Assembly: GCA_965205485.1 (NCBI GenBank)
Contig: OZ242180.1
Span: 3,712,001 to 3,776,000 of the forward strand
DNA: 64,000 bases
Source: Candidatus Latescibacterota bacterium
GTDB taxonomy: Bacteria; Latescibacterota; UBA2968; GCA-2709665
Reading direction: 5' to 3'
Shown here: positions 10,131 through 20,432 of the stretch, piece by piece
Position numbering within the stretch: position 1 is the stretch's first letter
How the letters are laid out: each line of letters begins with the position of its first letter
Translations under genes and position numbers: made by a program
Notes under the pieces: generated by a model
Seen by the model: only the letters and a program-made list of their open reading frames with translations
Databases searched by the model: none
What the model was told of the DNA's origin: nothing

Positions 10131-10832
10131 CTACTCCTGACGTCGAATCTCCACGTACCGTTCCAGGCGCGCGACCTCGCGATCGTCCACGTACTTGCCG
10201 ATTTCGCGGCGGAACTGCTCGATGTTCGAATAGGGACGGTACTCCTCGAACTCGTGCGCCATGCGCCTGCCCACGCCGGGGACGGCGAGGATCTCGTCTC
10301 TGGTGGCCGTGTTCAAGTCGATGGGCACGAAGACGTATCGCCCCATGCGTCCGACCTCGGCGTCGTCAATGTATTTGCCCATCTCGCGCTCCCACTGGGC
10401 GATGGCCGTATAAGGACGGTACTCCTCGAACTCGTGCGCGATCCGCTCTCCCACGCCCGGCACCAGGAGCATCTCCGCGTTGCTGGCGTTGTTCAGGTTG
10501 ATCGGGACGAACATCTGCACGTAAAGGTTCTTCGCCTCCTCCTGGCTCAGGTGCTGTGCGACCAACGCGTGCAACGCTTCCATATTGAGGAAAGGGCGCT
10601 GCTGACGAATTGCGTCGGCGAGTTCCTTGCTCATCCCCGGGAGTGCGCGGAGTTCATCGCCTAACGCGAGATTCGGGTTCACGACCACGGGGCTGCTCGC
10701 GCCTTGCGCTGGAGCATCTTCGGATCTGGGCGTCTCATTCACTTTTGGGTCGGCGCAGGTCCACAGTAGCGCGAGACCCAGGCAGCACACAGCCAGGAGG
10801 GTTAACGCTCGTATTTCCTGGAAGTTTGCCAT
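10131..10832 (-). CDS. Lipoprotein with three helix-hairpin-helix (ComEA-like) repeats
   Basis: Lipobox-like LLWTC; repeats INLNNAS..EMLLVPGVGERIAHEFEEYRPY and IDLNTATRDEILAVPGVGRRMAHEFEEYRPY. Confidence 0.8.
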   Translation of the reverse strand: MANFQEIRALTLLAVCCLGLALLWTCADPKVNETPRSEDAPAQGASSPVVVNPNLALGDELRALPGMSKELADAIRQQRPFLNMEALHALVAQHLSQEEAKNLYVQMFVPINLNNASNAEMLLVPGVGERIAHEFEEYRPYTAIAQWEREMGKYIDDAEVGRMGRYVFVPIDLNTATRDEILAVPGVGRRMAHEFEEYRPYSNIEQFRREIGKYVDDREVARLERYVEIRRQE

Positions 10833-10860
10833 ATTCTCCTTTATCGTCTCGAATTCAACT

Positions 10861-11325
10861 TCATAGTGTGTCGAACCCGTGCCAGCCGGGTAGGGCTGCC
10901 GACTGGCGGACCCACGCTGTCATCTGCGCTTCGTCGAACTCGTCTTCGTAGATGTCCACCCAGCGCGAGTCCCTGTCCTTGCCCGAGCCGGGAGGGATGG
11001 GTCGTAGCGACGCGCCGTTGAGGAAAGTCACCTTGACGTAACGGGTGAAGACGTGGTAACTCGCGAACCAGCCCTGGCCCTCGATGCCATACCACGGCGA
11101 GTTCCACCTCACGGCCTTGCGCACGTCTGGCACCGTGCGAACGATGAGGTCGTCGAGGCGTCGCCCGACGTCGCGCTTCCAGCCCGGCATGGCCGCGATG
11201 TACGCCTGCACGGGGGCGTCGCCGTCGGCCTTCGCGATCTGAGGGTTGCCGCCCGATAGAAGTATCGGTTTCGCGCCAGTCTTCCTTGCAGTCTCGTGTG
11301 CCTTCCCGGACGTCCCGGCATCCAT
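10861..11325 (-). CDS. DUF1801 domain protein
   Basis: LLSGGNPQIAKADGDAPVQAYIAAMPGWK...KAVRWNSPWYG. Confidence 0.85.
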   Translation of the reverse strand: MDAGTSGKAHETARKTGAKPILLSGGNPQIAKADGDAPVQAYIAAMPGWKRDVGRRLDDLIVRTVPDVRKAVRWNSPWYGIEGQGWFASYHVFTRYVKVTFLNGASLRPIPPGSGKDRDSRWVDIYEDEFDEAQMTAWVRQSAALPGWHGFDTL

Positions 11326-11492
11326 GGCGTTTTCTCCGATCCGCGGTTCCCGGCCGATTGGAAATACCCGGTTACAGCTACGTCCTTGCGGGTTTTCGGT
11401 CCCGGCCATCGTTTCGCTTCTGATACGACGAGGCCCCGGAGGATGCGTCCTTCGGGGCGTTATTCAGTCGCTTGCGATGACGATCGAAAAAT

Positions 11493-11568
11493 TGGCTCCG
11501 GCGGTAGGACTCGAACCTACGACCTAGTGGTTAACAGCCACCCGCTCTGCCAGCTGAGCTACGCCGGA
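11493..11568 (-). tRNA. tRNA-Asn(GTT)
   Basis: Cloverleaf TCCGGCG...GTTCGA...CGCCGGAGCCA; anticodon loop CTGTTAA. Confidence 0.97.
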
Positions 11569-11799
11569 ACCCAGGTATCCGGAAGCGGGAGGAAATTACC
11601 ATAAGGGGCTTGTGGTGTCAAGCATAAAATCGGTTTCAGCGGTCATTGCCGACGCCGCAAAAACGGCCTCTCCCTCATCAGGTGGCAGGGGTCCCGGCGG
11701 GCGTCTGCGTGCCGGGATTCTGCCTTGACATCATGCACGGCGCGGTCTAATTTTGGGCCATGTCGTTTCGAGACGTAAAACCCTTCGCACGGAGATGAA

Positions 11800-13110
11800 A
11801 TGAATCCGATTGCACAGCGGATTCTGAAGCGACTGCGGCGGCCTGCAAGTATCGGAAACGTAAAGTTGCCGGATGAGTTCGTGTGGCCCGCGTACGACGG
11901 GTACAGCCTGCCGAACGTGGCGCCAACCGTGTTGCGGCATTTCGGCATCGGCGGGATTCGGTCGCCGGGGCTGGCGGAAGAGGTCGTGGGCGGCGAACTC
12001 GTCGGCGCGGAGAAGCTGGTCGTCACGCTGGTGGACGCGTTGGGGTACCTGACGTTGACGCGGGCGATGGACTCCGGTAAAGTACCAGGTTTCCGTGCGC
12101 TGGCTGAGCGGGGGCGGTTCGTGCCGCTCACGTCGGTTTTTCCATCCACGACGGCGGCTGCGCTTTCGTCGTTTCACACGGGGCTGCCGCCGGCCGGACA
12201 CGGCGTCGCGGGCTACCGGATGTACATGCCGGACCGTGGATACGTGGCGAATATGATCCGATTGAGCCCGGAGGCGGACGAACGGTTCGGGCGCATGCTG
12301 CTGAACAGCGACGACGCCAGGACACTGCTGGGCGTGCCCACGGTACACAGCCTGTTGACGGCGGCCGGGATTTCGTCCTATTGCATGATTCACCGGTCGC
12401 TGGCGCACAGCGGCCTGTCGGAGATGTTGTACGACGGCGCTACCGACGTGATTCCGTTCGTGAATGCATCGGACCTGTTCATCCAGGTTCGAAGCATGTT
12501 GACCTCGGATCCGGGACGACCCGCGTGTATCTGGCTCTATACGGACACGTTGGACACGATCCAGCACAAATACGGCACCAGGGGCGAAGAACCCGAGGGT
12601 GAGATCTACAGCCTGGGTTACGCGATTGAAAGAGAGCTGCTTTCGCCACTCGAAGGTCAAGACGTGAGCGCCGTGTTCATGCTCCTCGCCGACCACGGGC
12701 ATATTCAGGTGGACGAGGAGGACATCGTACAGGTCGCGGAGGTACCGGGGCTGAAGCGCCTGCTCGCGGCCCCGCCGACGGGTACGGCCCGGTCGGCGTA
12801 TTTTCACGCGCGTGCCGGGGCCGTGACGGATGTCATGTCCGCTCTTGAAACCGGACTGGCCGGATCGGCGTACGTCGTAGAAACCGAAAAGGCTCTCGCC
12901 GGCGGCCTGTGGGGAACCGGAATGCGCGCGCCGGAACTGTCAGGCAGGATCGGCGACGTGCTTGCACTGATGCGCGGCAGCGCCACCCTGTTCCACGCAT
13001 ACAGGGACGACGCCGTTCCGTCCGATATCGCGGGCGGCCGGCACGGAGGGCTGCACGAGCGGGAAATGTTGGTCCCCTTCTTCATCGCGAGGCTGGGTAA
13101 ACGCCGGTGA
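11800..13110 (+). CDS. Alkaline phosphatase superfamily / type I phosphodiesterase-nucleotide pyrophosphatase
   Basis: LVDALG, SVFPSTT, LDTIQH, LADHG and GRHGGL motifs. Confidence 0.88.
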   Translation: MNPIAQRILKRLRRPASIGNVKLPDEFVWPAYDGYSLPNVAPTVLRHFGIGGIRSPGLAEEVVGGELVGAEKLVVTLVDALGYLTLTRAMDSGKVPGFRALAERGRFVPLTSVFPSTTAAALSSFHTGLPPAGHGVAGYRMYMPDRGYVANMIRLSPEADERFGRMLLNSDDARTLLGVPTVHSLLTAAGISSYCMIHRSLAHSGLSEMLYDGATDVIPFVNASDLFIQVRSMLTSDPGRPACIWLYTDTLDTIQHKYGTRGEEPEGEIYSLGYAIERELLSPLEGQDVSAVFMLLADHGHIQVDEEDIVQVAEVPGLKRLLAAPPTGTARSAYFHARAGAVTDVMSALETGLAGSAYVVETEKALAGGLWGTGMRAPELSGRIGDVLALMRGSATLFHAYRDDAVPSDIAGGRHGGLHEREMLVPFFIARLGKRR

Positions 13111-13253
13111 CTCAGGATACCCCATGGGCATTCAGGTTGAAACGACCGGTCTGCAAGGCCCCTTCATGCGGGAAAACGGTTGACGTCGAGCCTGGAAACC
13201 GGTAATTTTGTCGGACCATCAAGTAGATAATCGGTAGACGATTTTCCGCCCGG

Positions 13254-13730
13254 GTGGTGCGTTTATTGACAGACGCGGATGAAGCCGGAATGGAACTGGC
13301 GCTTGCCGAGGCGCGCGCCGCCGGCGATGCCGGCGAGGTGCCGGTCGGCGCCGTGATTCTGCGGAACGGTGAGGTGGTGGGACGGGGGCAGAACCGCATT
13401 CTGAGGGACAACGATCCCACGGCCCACGCGGAGATGCTGGCCATCAAGTCTGCGGCGTCCCTCACCGGAATGAAATGGCTGACCGACTGCGCCGTCTACG
13501 TCACGCTGGAACCGTGCGCGATGTGCGCGGGCGCGCTCGTGCTGGCTCGGGTGTCCCGCCTGGTGTTCGGGGCGGAGGATCCGAAAACGGGAGCGTGCGG
13601 CTCCCTGCGGAACGTCGTCGATGATTCGAGGCTTAACCACCGGATCGACGTTCGTCGATCCGTCCTCGAAGAACCCTGCTCGGAGATGTTGAAACGGTTC
13701 TTTCAAGATTTGCGCCGGAAAGACGCGTAA
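13254..13730 (+). CDS. tadA: tRNA adenosine(34) deaminase
   Basis: GEVPVGA, DPTAHAEM and TLEPCAMCAGA. Confidence 0.95.
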   Translation: MVRLLTDADEAGMELALAEARAAGDAGEVPVGAVILRNGEVVGRGQNRILRDNDPTAHAEMLAIKSAASLTGMKWLTDCAVYVTLEPCAMCAGALVLARVSRLVFGAEDPKTGACGSLRNVVDDSRLNHRIDVRRSVLEEPCSEMLKRFFQDLRRKDA

Positions 13731-13786
13731 CGCGGCGCCGGAAGTCGGCGTCGCATACGGATTTCCAGCGTGGCCCGCATTCGAGC

Positions 13787-13877
<91 letters not shown>

Positions 13878-13993
13878 AGAATCTTACACGGGAATTATGA
13901 TACGATTTACCAAGTGAACAGGGTGCAGGTCACGTTAGATGAGGGGTTTTCGAATCGGACCGCAAAACAGCTGATGAGGAGGTTTGACTACGT

Positions 13994-14620
13994 ATGAGCG
14001 GTGTATTCATATATTGGAACAACTCGAATGTCTTTTACGAGGCGCAGCGACTTGCGGAGGAGCTGTATGGAGACCCCACCGCGCGTTTTCGTGTCCGTAT
14101 TCACTTTGAAAATCTGTTTCGATTGGCGCAGGCGGACAGAAGTTTGGAAAAGGCATACGCTGCTGGTTCCATTCCTCCGGAAATGAACCAATTATGGAAT
14201 CGTCTGGAGAATCAGGACGTGGAAGTTTATTTGTTTGATCGTGGAACAACCGGCGGAGGAGAGCAAGAGACACCTGACCAATGGCTGCAATTGCGTATGA
14301 TGGAGGATGGCTGGGACAATATTGAGAATCCTGGTATCGTGGTTTTGTTGACCGGTGACGGCGCCGGATACGTTGAAGGCCGTGGTTTTCATAGTACGTT
14401 GGAGCGTTTGTATAGAAGAGGTTGGAAAATCGAGGTCTTGTCCTGGAAGCATTGTTGCAATCGCGGAATGCGTCTGTGGGCCGAGAATAACGGTGTTTTC
14501 GTTCCGTTGGATGATTACTATGAATCCATTACGTTTCTGGAACCTTCTCGTCCAGGTTTTCCGTTTGCACTGCCACGCGATGTCTCAGTACTGGATCTGT
14601 CACAGCGTCCGGAGGCTTAG
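13994..14620 (+). CDS. NYN domain (PIN-like, LabA/DUF88) protein
   Basis: FIYWNNSNVF N-terminus, VVLLTGDG, GWKIEVLSW; lower GC than its neighbours. Confidence 0.8.
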   Translation: MSGVFIYWNNSNVFYEAQRLAEELYGDPTARFRVRIHFENLFRLAQADRSLEKAYAAGSIPPEMNQLWNRLENQDVEVYLFDRGTTGGGEQETPDQWLQLRMMEDGWDNIENPGIVVLLTGDGAGYVEGRGFHSTLERLYRRGWKIEVLSWKHCCNRGMRLWAENNGVFVPLDDYYESITFLEPSRPGFPFALPRDVSVLDLSQRPEA

Positions 14621-14772
14621 AAGTTGCTTTAAATTTACCGGTGAGTTCCGGAGCGCGAGCGAAAAAGAGGCGGTCAAGGCGGGAGAATCCGCACATATTT
14701 AATGTATCGTGGCTGCGCGCCCCTCGCCACTCTTGGGTGGAGTTTACCAACGCCGACCGACGCTTCTGCCAG
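14620..14772. mobile_element. Degenerate MITE copy (family A)
   Basis: Matches the reverse complement of 20433-20594 (GTGAGTTCC.GAGCGCGAGCGAAAAAG.GGCGGTCAAGGCGGGA.AATCCGC...ACCAACGCCGACCG); second end missing. Confidence 0.8.
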
Positions 14773-15032
14773 TTAGGCTTCTTCGCAAGATGCGTAGAAG
14801 TATAGTCATGCTGCTTGCAAGAGGTAAGGCGTAGAAATCCCCCGACCGCATCAGCCGTTGCCGGCCCTTCGACAAGCTCATGGACCGTCTCGGCCTCTGC
14901 GATTCCCCTCAAGGGGAAGTGATTGGATCTTAAAACTGGCTCGCGCGTTGACTTCCATCTATTCGGTTGCGGCTGAGCATAGCGAAGCCGCGCTAGGGTA
15001 GACGGCAACGATACTATATTTTATTGAGTCAC

Positions 15033-15731
15033 CTAAACAAACCCCTCGTCCACAAGCCGGCTTCCACGCGACGTAATCTCGTGGCGTTCTCCCGAACTGC
15101 CCACCATTCTGCACCAGCTCTCCGAGACGAGCTTGGGTTGAATTCCATCCTTGTCCAAACGGTAGGAGAACCCTCCTGCCATGCCTGGTACGGGAAACCA
15201 CATTTCCGGCGATTCCAACTCCAGCAGCGGCTCCAGTTCAGGCAATCGCAGTTCCTGTTCGACCACCAGGCGTTCGGCGCGACCGCGGATGACGGCGTGA
15301 AAGTGCGCTTGAAGTCTGACAATTGACTCTCGTGGGACATGGTGCCTGAATACGGGAGTCAGAGTCGGGAGCAGGTGCCGATGCCCGCGCCTTTCGGCCA
15401 CGTCCACAGGTCTCTCTCCCCGAGCATTCCTTAGCGTCCGCCAGGCGCCCAGACCGATCAACCGCCCGGCAACCTCGACAGCCGCGCCGTGCCACGCGGC
15501 ATGATGCAGAGGGGCATACCAGGACGGACCGTCGGGCCGGGTGGCGTTGACCCAATCACCGGGCCGGGTTGGGTGCCGCCAATCCCTATATTTGTTTAGA
15601 AGCTCAAAGACGCGACTCCATTCGCCATCCCTGGCCGCGTCGGCCAGAGCGTGCCGGTCGATGGCTTCGTCGTTGTCGCAGAACCGGGTCTGCGTGAGCC
15701 CGTTCCAACAGATGGTGCGGTTCTCCGACAT
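15033..15731 (-). CDS. Ankyrin repeat-containing protein
   Basis: LADAARDGEW..VFELL, APLHHAAWHGA..VAGRLIGLGA, GERPVDVAERRGH. Confidence 0.85.
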   Translation of the reverse strand: MSENRTICWNGLTQTRFCDNDEAIDRHALADAARDGEWSRVFELLNKYRDWRHPTRPGDWVNATRPDGPSWYAPLHHAAWHGAAVEVAGRLIGLGAWRTLRNARGERPVDVAERRGHRHLLPTLTPVFRHHVPRESIVRLQAHFHAVIRGRAERLVVEQELRLPELEPLLELESPEMWFPVPGMAGGFSYRLDKDGIQPKLVSESWCRMVGSSGERHEITSRGSRLVDEGFV

Positions 15732-16015
15732 GATCTGCCTCTCCGTTCCTATCGTCATCCATTCCCATACAGATTGATTCAAGGAATCTAGTAAAAGCGG
15801 TGGATCGGGTCAACTGCGGAGGGTCGACATAAAACATCATTCTTTGTCCATTTTGGGACTGGCGAGGAGAATCTGATTTCGCCCTGGAAAAAGTTGCGGA
15901 TATCGGGTGAATATTGTATCTTAATATTGTGAGAAAGCGGCGTGTTGTGGTCGTGGAGACAGTGAGACGAATGCCGGCCATCCGCCGCTATTTTTGAGTC
16001 TCGAACCGATTTTGT

Positions 16016-16108
<93 letters not shown>

Positions 16109-16185
16109 GAAACCTGTCTCGTCCCGGTCCGGCCGGTCTGCTGTCACGCAACGAAGATTCGCTTCTCGGGTCCGGAAAAGTTCCT

Positions 16186-16563
16186 ATGCCGCATTCCATC
16201 AGGATAACCCTGGGAGAGATTCAACTGGACGCTGAGCTGAACGATTCCGAAACCGCGTCCAGAATCCTGGCCGAGTTGCCCATCCGGAGCGGATTCAACA
16301 CCTGGGGCGACGAGATCTACTTTCAGATTCCCGTCACGGTCCACCCGGAAGACCCTCAGGAAACCGTGGAAGCGGGCGATCTCGCCTACTGGCCGCCCGG
16401 CAAGGCGTTCTGCATCTTCTGGGGGCCAACTCCAGCAAGCCAGGGCGACGAGATCCGGCCGGCCAGTCCCGTGAACCCCGTCGGACGGGTGCTATCGGGC
16501 GTGGAGGCGCTGAAAACGGCCTCACGGGCAGACGGGATATCAATTGAAAGAAGCGATGCATGA
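16186..16563 (+). CDS. Cyclophilin-like fold protein (DUF369-type)
   Basis: NTWGDEIYF, GDLAYWPPGKAFCIFWGPTP, PASPVNPVG. Confidence 0.85.
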   Translation: MPHSIRITLGEIQLDAELNDSETASRILAELPIRSGFNTWGDEIYFQIPVTVHPEDPQETVEAGDLAYWPPGKAFCIFWGPTPASQGDEIRPASPVNPVGRVLSGVEALKTASRADGISIERSDA

Positions 16564-16615
16564 AGAGCGGATGCCCTCGTCCTGCTCCTTGCCTCTCGCG
16601 CAGTCGGCGTTTTGT

Positions 16616-16691
16616 GGGGCTGTAGCTCAGTTGGGAGAGCGCCAGAATCGCACTCTGGAGGTCGTGGGTTCGAATCCCATCAGCTCCACCA
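16616..16691 (+). tRNA. tRNA-Ala(CGC)
   Basis: GGGGCTG acceptor stem with G3:U70, anticodon loop ATCGCAC, CCA end. Confidence 0.95.
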
Positions 16692-16734
16692 GAAACACAG
16701 CCGTCGGCCCTCTGCGGCGGACGGCTGATTGATC

Positions 16735-17009
16735 AGGTCGTGCTAGACGGGGAAGTAGCGGCGCCCTGTAGCCCGCAATCCGCTATAGCGGGGTTGAATT
16801 CCTCGTCTGAGGCTCTTCATTCCGGGATGTGATTCGGACAGTACGCGGTGTCGATCGCCAGGTCCTGCGCAACGGACGATTGCCGAACCCCGTCAGGACC
16901 GGAAGGTAGCAGCGGTAGGTAACCCGGCCCGTGTGCCGCGGGGCCCCCTGGCGGGAGCTTGCGCTTTCCGAAAACCCCGGCTTGAAAGCCGAAGCGGGGT
17001 GCACGGCCT
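16735..17009 (+). ncRNA. ffs: Signal recognition particle RNA, large bacterial type (Alu domain)
   Basis: Helix-8 motif CCGTCAGGACCGGAAGGTAGCAGCGG; 5' GGTCGTGCTAGACGGGG pairs with 3' GCACGGCC; directly upstream of dnaX. Confidence 0.93.
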
Positions 17010-17081
17010 TTTCAGCGTACCTTCCGGAAATCGTCTTCCTGTTCGTGCGTGCCCGATGGACGGATGAGAGGCTTGCACCGT

Positions 17082-18779
17082 ATGGCCTATCGTGTAATCG
17101 CCCGCGAATGGCGCCCTGACGTTTTTCAGGACGTGGTCGCGCAGGAGCATATCGTTCAGACGTTGCAGAATGCCATCCGATCGGATCGCGTCGTCCAGGC
17201 GTATCTGTTCTGCGGCCCACGCGGAACGGGAAAGACGACGATGGCGCGGCTGTTGGCGAAGGCGTTCAACTGCGAAAACGGTCCCACGCCGGAGCCCTGC
17301 GGCAGTTGCGGATTCTGCACGGCGATCGCCGACAATAAGAGCATGGACGTCCTGGAGATAGACGGGGCGTCGAATCGCGGCATCGACGAAATCCGGCAGC
17401 TGCGGGAGGAAGTCGGATTCGCCGCAACCAGGGGCAAGCGCAAGGTCTACATCATAGATGAAGTACACATGCTCACCGCGGAGGCCTTCAATGCGCTCCT
17501 GAAGACGCTCGAGGAGCCGCCGCCTCACGTGGTGTTCGTCCTGGCCACCACGGAGCCGCACCGGATGCCGGAGACGATTCTTTCCCGCTGCCAGCGGTAC
17601 AATTTCCGGCGGATATCCACCGAGGCCATCGTCGGGCAGCTTCGAAAGATCCTGGATGCGGAGGAGATCGAATCGGAAGACGAGGCGTTGTTTCTTCTGG
17701 CGAGGAAAGCCGACGGCGCGCTGCGCGACGCCGAGAATCTGCTGGACCAGTCCATCGCGTATGCGGACGGGTCCGTCTCTGCCGGCGCCGTTAGGGATCT
17801 GCTGGGCGTCATTCCGTCGGACACGTTCTTCGAACTGACGCAGGCCATGCTCGATTCGGACACGGCGGCGGCGCTGCACAAGGTGGGTCTTGTGCTGGAT
17901 GGCGGCGGCGATGCCGGCGAGTTCACGCAGGGATTGCTGGAACATGTCCGGCATCTGCTGGTGGCGCGCGTATCGGATGGCCTTGCAGGCGACGATCTGT
18001 CCGAGGCCGACAAGGCAAGATACCGTGAGACCGGCGCGCGATTCCGCGAGGAAGACCTCCTGCGCATGTTGCAGGCGGTTTCCGATCTCGAGGCGAGGCT
18101 GGGTCGGGTTTCAAACCCCCGGTTCTGGCTGGAGCTGACCGTGTTGAAGCTGGTGAAGATGGCGCCATCCGAGTCCGTCATGGAAGTCATGGCGCGACTG
18201 GACCGGCTTGAAGGCCTGCTGCGTAAGGGCGGGACGTCAGGCGAGCGAAAACCCGGACCTGCCCCGCCCGCCGGCGCAAGCCGCGAACCGGCGCAGGCGG
18301 TCCCTCAACGTCCAGCAGGTCGAACGTCATCGCCGGACCTCGCTGATGAAGCGAAGCAGCCTGTCGCCGCCCCCCCGGCGCGGCCGCCGACCGCACCGCC
18401 AGGCGAGAATGAACCGTCACCGTCGTACGACCTCACGTTCGATGACGTGCGGAAGAAGTGGCCGGACCTTATTGAGCATGTCAGGATGCAAAAGATGAGC
18501 CTCGGGACGTTTCTGGCCGAGGGCAGACCGGTGGCGTTGAAGGACCAAATGTTGGATCTGGTCTTCATGGCCGACAAAACCTTTCACGCCGAGCAGGTGA
18601 GGCGCAACGAGGCGTATATGGAGGAAGCGACGGCCGAAGTCCTTGGCGTTTCCCTGCGTGTCCGGTGCGAATTGGACGAGGCCGAAGCCGGCGGCGCAGC
18701 GCAGGACGACAGCGAGCCGGCCGATGAACGCGTCCGGATGGCGATCGAAGTCTTCGATGGAGAGGTTGTGGGAGGTTAG
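17082..18779 (+). CDS. dnaX: DNA polymerase III gamma/tau
   Basis: AREWRP, GPRGTGKTT, EIDGASNRG, IIDEVHML, SRCQ. Confidence 0.97.
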   Translation: MAYRVIAREWRPDVFQDVVAQEHIVQTLQNAIRSDRVVQAYLFCGPRGTGKTTMARLLAKAFNCENGPTPEPCGSCGFCTAIADNKSMDVLEIDGASNRGIDEIRQLREEVGFAATRGKRKVYIIDEVHMLTAEAFNALLKTLEEPPPHVVFVLATTEPHRMPETILSRCQRYNFRRISTEAIVGQLRKILDAEEIESEDEALFLLARKADGALRDAENLLDQSIAYADGSVSAGAVRDLLGVIPSDTFFELTQAMLDSDTAAALHKVGLVLDGGGDAGEFTQGLLEHVRHLLVARVSDGLAGDDLSEADKARYRETGARFREEDLLRMLQAVSDLEARLGRVSNPRFWLELTVLKLVKMAPSESVMEVMARLDRLEGLLRKGGTSGERKPGPAPPAGASREPAQAVPQRPAGRTSSPDLADEAKQPVAAPPARPPTAPPGENEPSPSYDLTFDDVRKKWPDLIEHVRMQKMSLGTFLAEGRPVALKDQMLDLVFMADKTFHAEQVRRNEAYMEEATAEVLGVSLRVRCELDEAEAGGAAQDDSEPADERVRMAIEVFDGEVVGG

Positions 18780-18799
18780 CACCACCAGGGGAGAGCGCA

Positions 18800-19123
18800 A
18801 TGGCAAAGGGCATGGCAGGTATGATGAAGCAGGCCCAGAAGCTGCAAGTCAGACTGGCGAAGGTACAGGAGGAACTCGCGTCGAAGGAGGTTGAGGGATC
18901 GTCCGGAGGCGGCATGGTGGTGGCGCGGGCGAACGGACAACAGCATATTGTCGGCGTCCGCATCGACCCGGAGGTGGTCGATCCCGAAGACGTGGAGATG
19001 CTGGAGGATCTGATCATGGCCGCCATTCAGCAGGCCAGGGAGAAGGCGCAGGAGATGGCCGACCGTGAGATGCAGAAGGCAACGTCGGGCATGTTGCCGC
19101 CGGGCGTCAACCTGGGCCTGTAG
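18800..19123 (+). CDS. ybaB: YbaB/EbfC nucleoid-associated protein
   Basis: MMKQAQKLQ, GSSGGGMV, DVEMLEDLIMAA; synteny. Confidence 0.95.
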   Translation: MAKGMAGMMKQAQKLQVRLAKVQEELASKEVEGSSGGGMVVARANGQQHIVGVRIDPEVVDPEDVEMLEDLIMAAIQQAREKAQEMADREMQKATSGMLPPGVNLGL

Positions 19124-19191
19124 GTACCGGCCGCCGCTCGATTTCCCATGCAGGAATGCGGTCGGGGTATCCGCTTTCGAGGAGAGTCAGG

Positions 19192-19785
19192 ATGGCTTCC
19201 AATGCCATCGATCGGCTGGCGGCGGGTCTGGGGCGGCTGCCGGGTATCGGCGAAAAGTCCGCGCGGCGAATCGCGCTCGACGTTTTGACCTGGAAGACCG
19301 AAGACGTACGCGCGCTGGCCGAACTGCTGGTGGAGGTGAAGACACGTGTCCGTACGTGTGGCGCGTGCTTCAACCTTTCGGAGAGCGACCCCTGCCCCAT
19401 CTGCGGGGATGAGCGGCGTGACGGGTCTCAGGTGATGGTTGTGGATTTTGTCGGCGACCTGCTGGCAATGGAACGCATGCAGGCCTATCGCGGCCTGTAT
19501 CACGTTCTCGGTGGGCGGATCTCTCCCCTGGACGGAATAGGACCGGAAGAACTGAACATTCAACCACTCATTGCGCGGCTGAACGGCGGCGGTATCCGGG
19601 AGGTCATTCTGGCGAATGGTCCCACCGTCGAGGGCGACGCGACCGCGCAATACCTCAACCAGGTCCTGGGAACACACGACGTGACCGTAACGCAGATCGC
19701 CAGGGGCCTTCCCGTCGGCAGCGACCTCGCCCTCGCCGATCAGGTTACGCTTTCCCGTGCGCTGGATGGACGCAGAGAACTATGA
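19192..19785 (+). CDS. recR: Recombination protein RecR
   Basis: LPGIGEKSARR, C4 zinc finger, YHVLGGRISPLDG, Toprim domain. Confidence 0.96.
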   Translation: MASNAIDRLAAGLGRLPGIGEKSARRIALDVLTWKTEDVRALAELLVEVKTRVRTCGACFNLSESDPCPICGDERRDGSQVMVVDFVGDLLAMERMQAYRGLYHVLGGRISPLDGIGPEELNIQPLIARLNGGGIREVILANGPTVEGDATAQYLNQVLGTHDVTVTQIARGLPVGSDLALADQVTLSRALDGRREL

Positions 19786-20432
19786 ACCGTACCGACACAC
19801 TCCGCGGCAGTTCGCAGGGGATCCGGCTGCCCAAGCCGCAGCCTGCCGACCGCATGGTCACGTTTCCCAATTTCCTGACGGGTCTGAGGATTGTCCTCAC
19901 GCCTGTCTTTCTGGCGCTGATTTTTTCGGACAGCGGATTCAACAAGATCCTGGCGCTGCTTGTTTTCACCGTGGCCTCGCTGACCGACTTCTTCGACGGC
20001 TGGTTCGCGCGCCGCGACAAAACCGTAACCAGCCTCGGACGATTCATGGATCCGCTTGCCGACAAGCTGCTGGTTTCCTCCGCCCTCGTCTCCTTCGTAC
20101 TCCTGGGGATGGTGGAAGCGTGGCTGGTTGGCGCTATGCTGATCCGGGATGCCGTGATTACCAGCCTGCGCGTATACGCGATCCGCAAGGGACGTCCTGT
20201 CGTCACGTCAAGACTGGCGAAATGGAAGACCATGCTGCAGCTCGTGCTGGCGTTCGGCATCCTTGTGTTCATCAACGTGCGCGTGATCACCGCTGAGCTG
20301 ACTTCTCAGCCCCTGGTACTGGTGGATTCGGGTTCGCAGATGGTGCTGAACGTCCTTGTAGCGGCGGTGACTCTGCTGGCGGTTGTGTCGGGCGTCCTCT
20401 ACCTGGTGGAGCATGGCCGCGACCCGGCCTGA
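19782..20432 (+). CDS. pgsA: CDP-diacylglycerol--glycerol-3-phosphate 3-phosphatidyltransferase
   Basis: PNFLTGLR and DFFDGWFARR...GRFMDPLADK motif; start uncertain. Confidence 0.92.
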   Translation: MNRTDTLRGSSQGIRLPKPQPADRMVTFPNFLTGLRIVLTPVFLALIFSDSGFNKILALLVFTVASLTDFFDGWFARRDKTVTSLGRFMDPLADKLLVSSALVSFVLLGMVEAWLVGAMLIRDAVITSLRVYAIRKGRPVVTSRLAKWKTMLQLVLAFGILVFINVRVITAELTSQPLVLVDSGSQMVLNVLVAAVTLLAVVSGVLYLVEHGRDPA

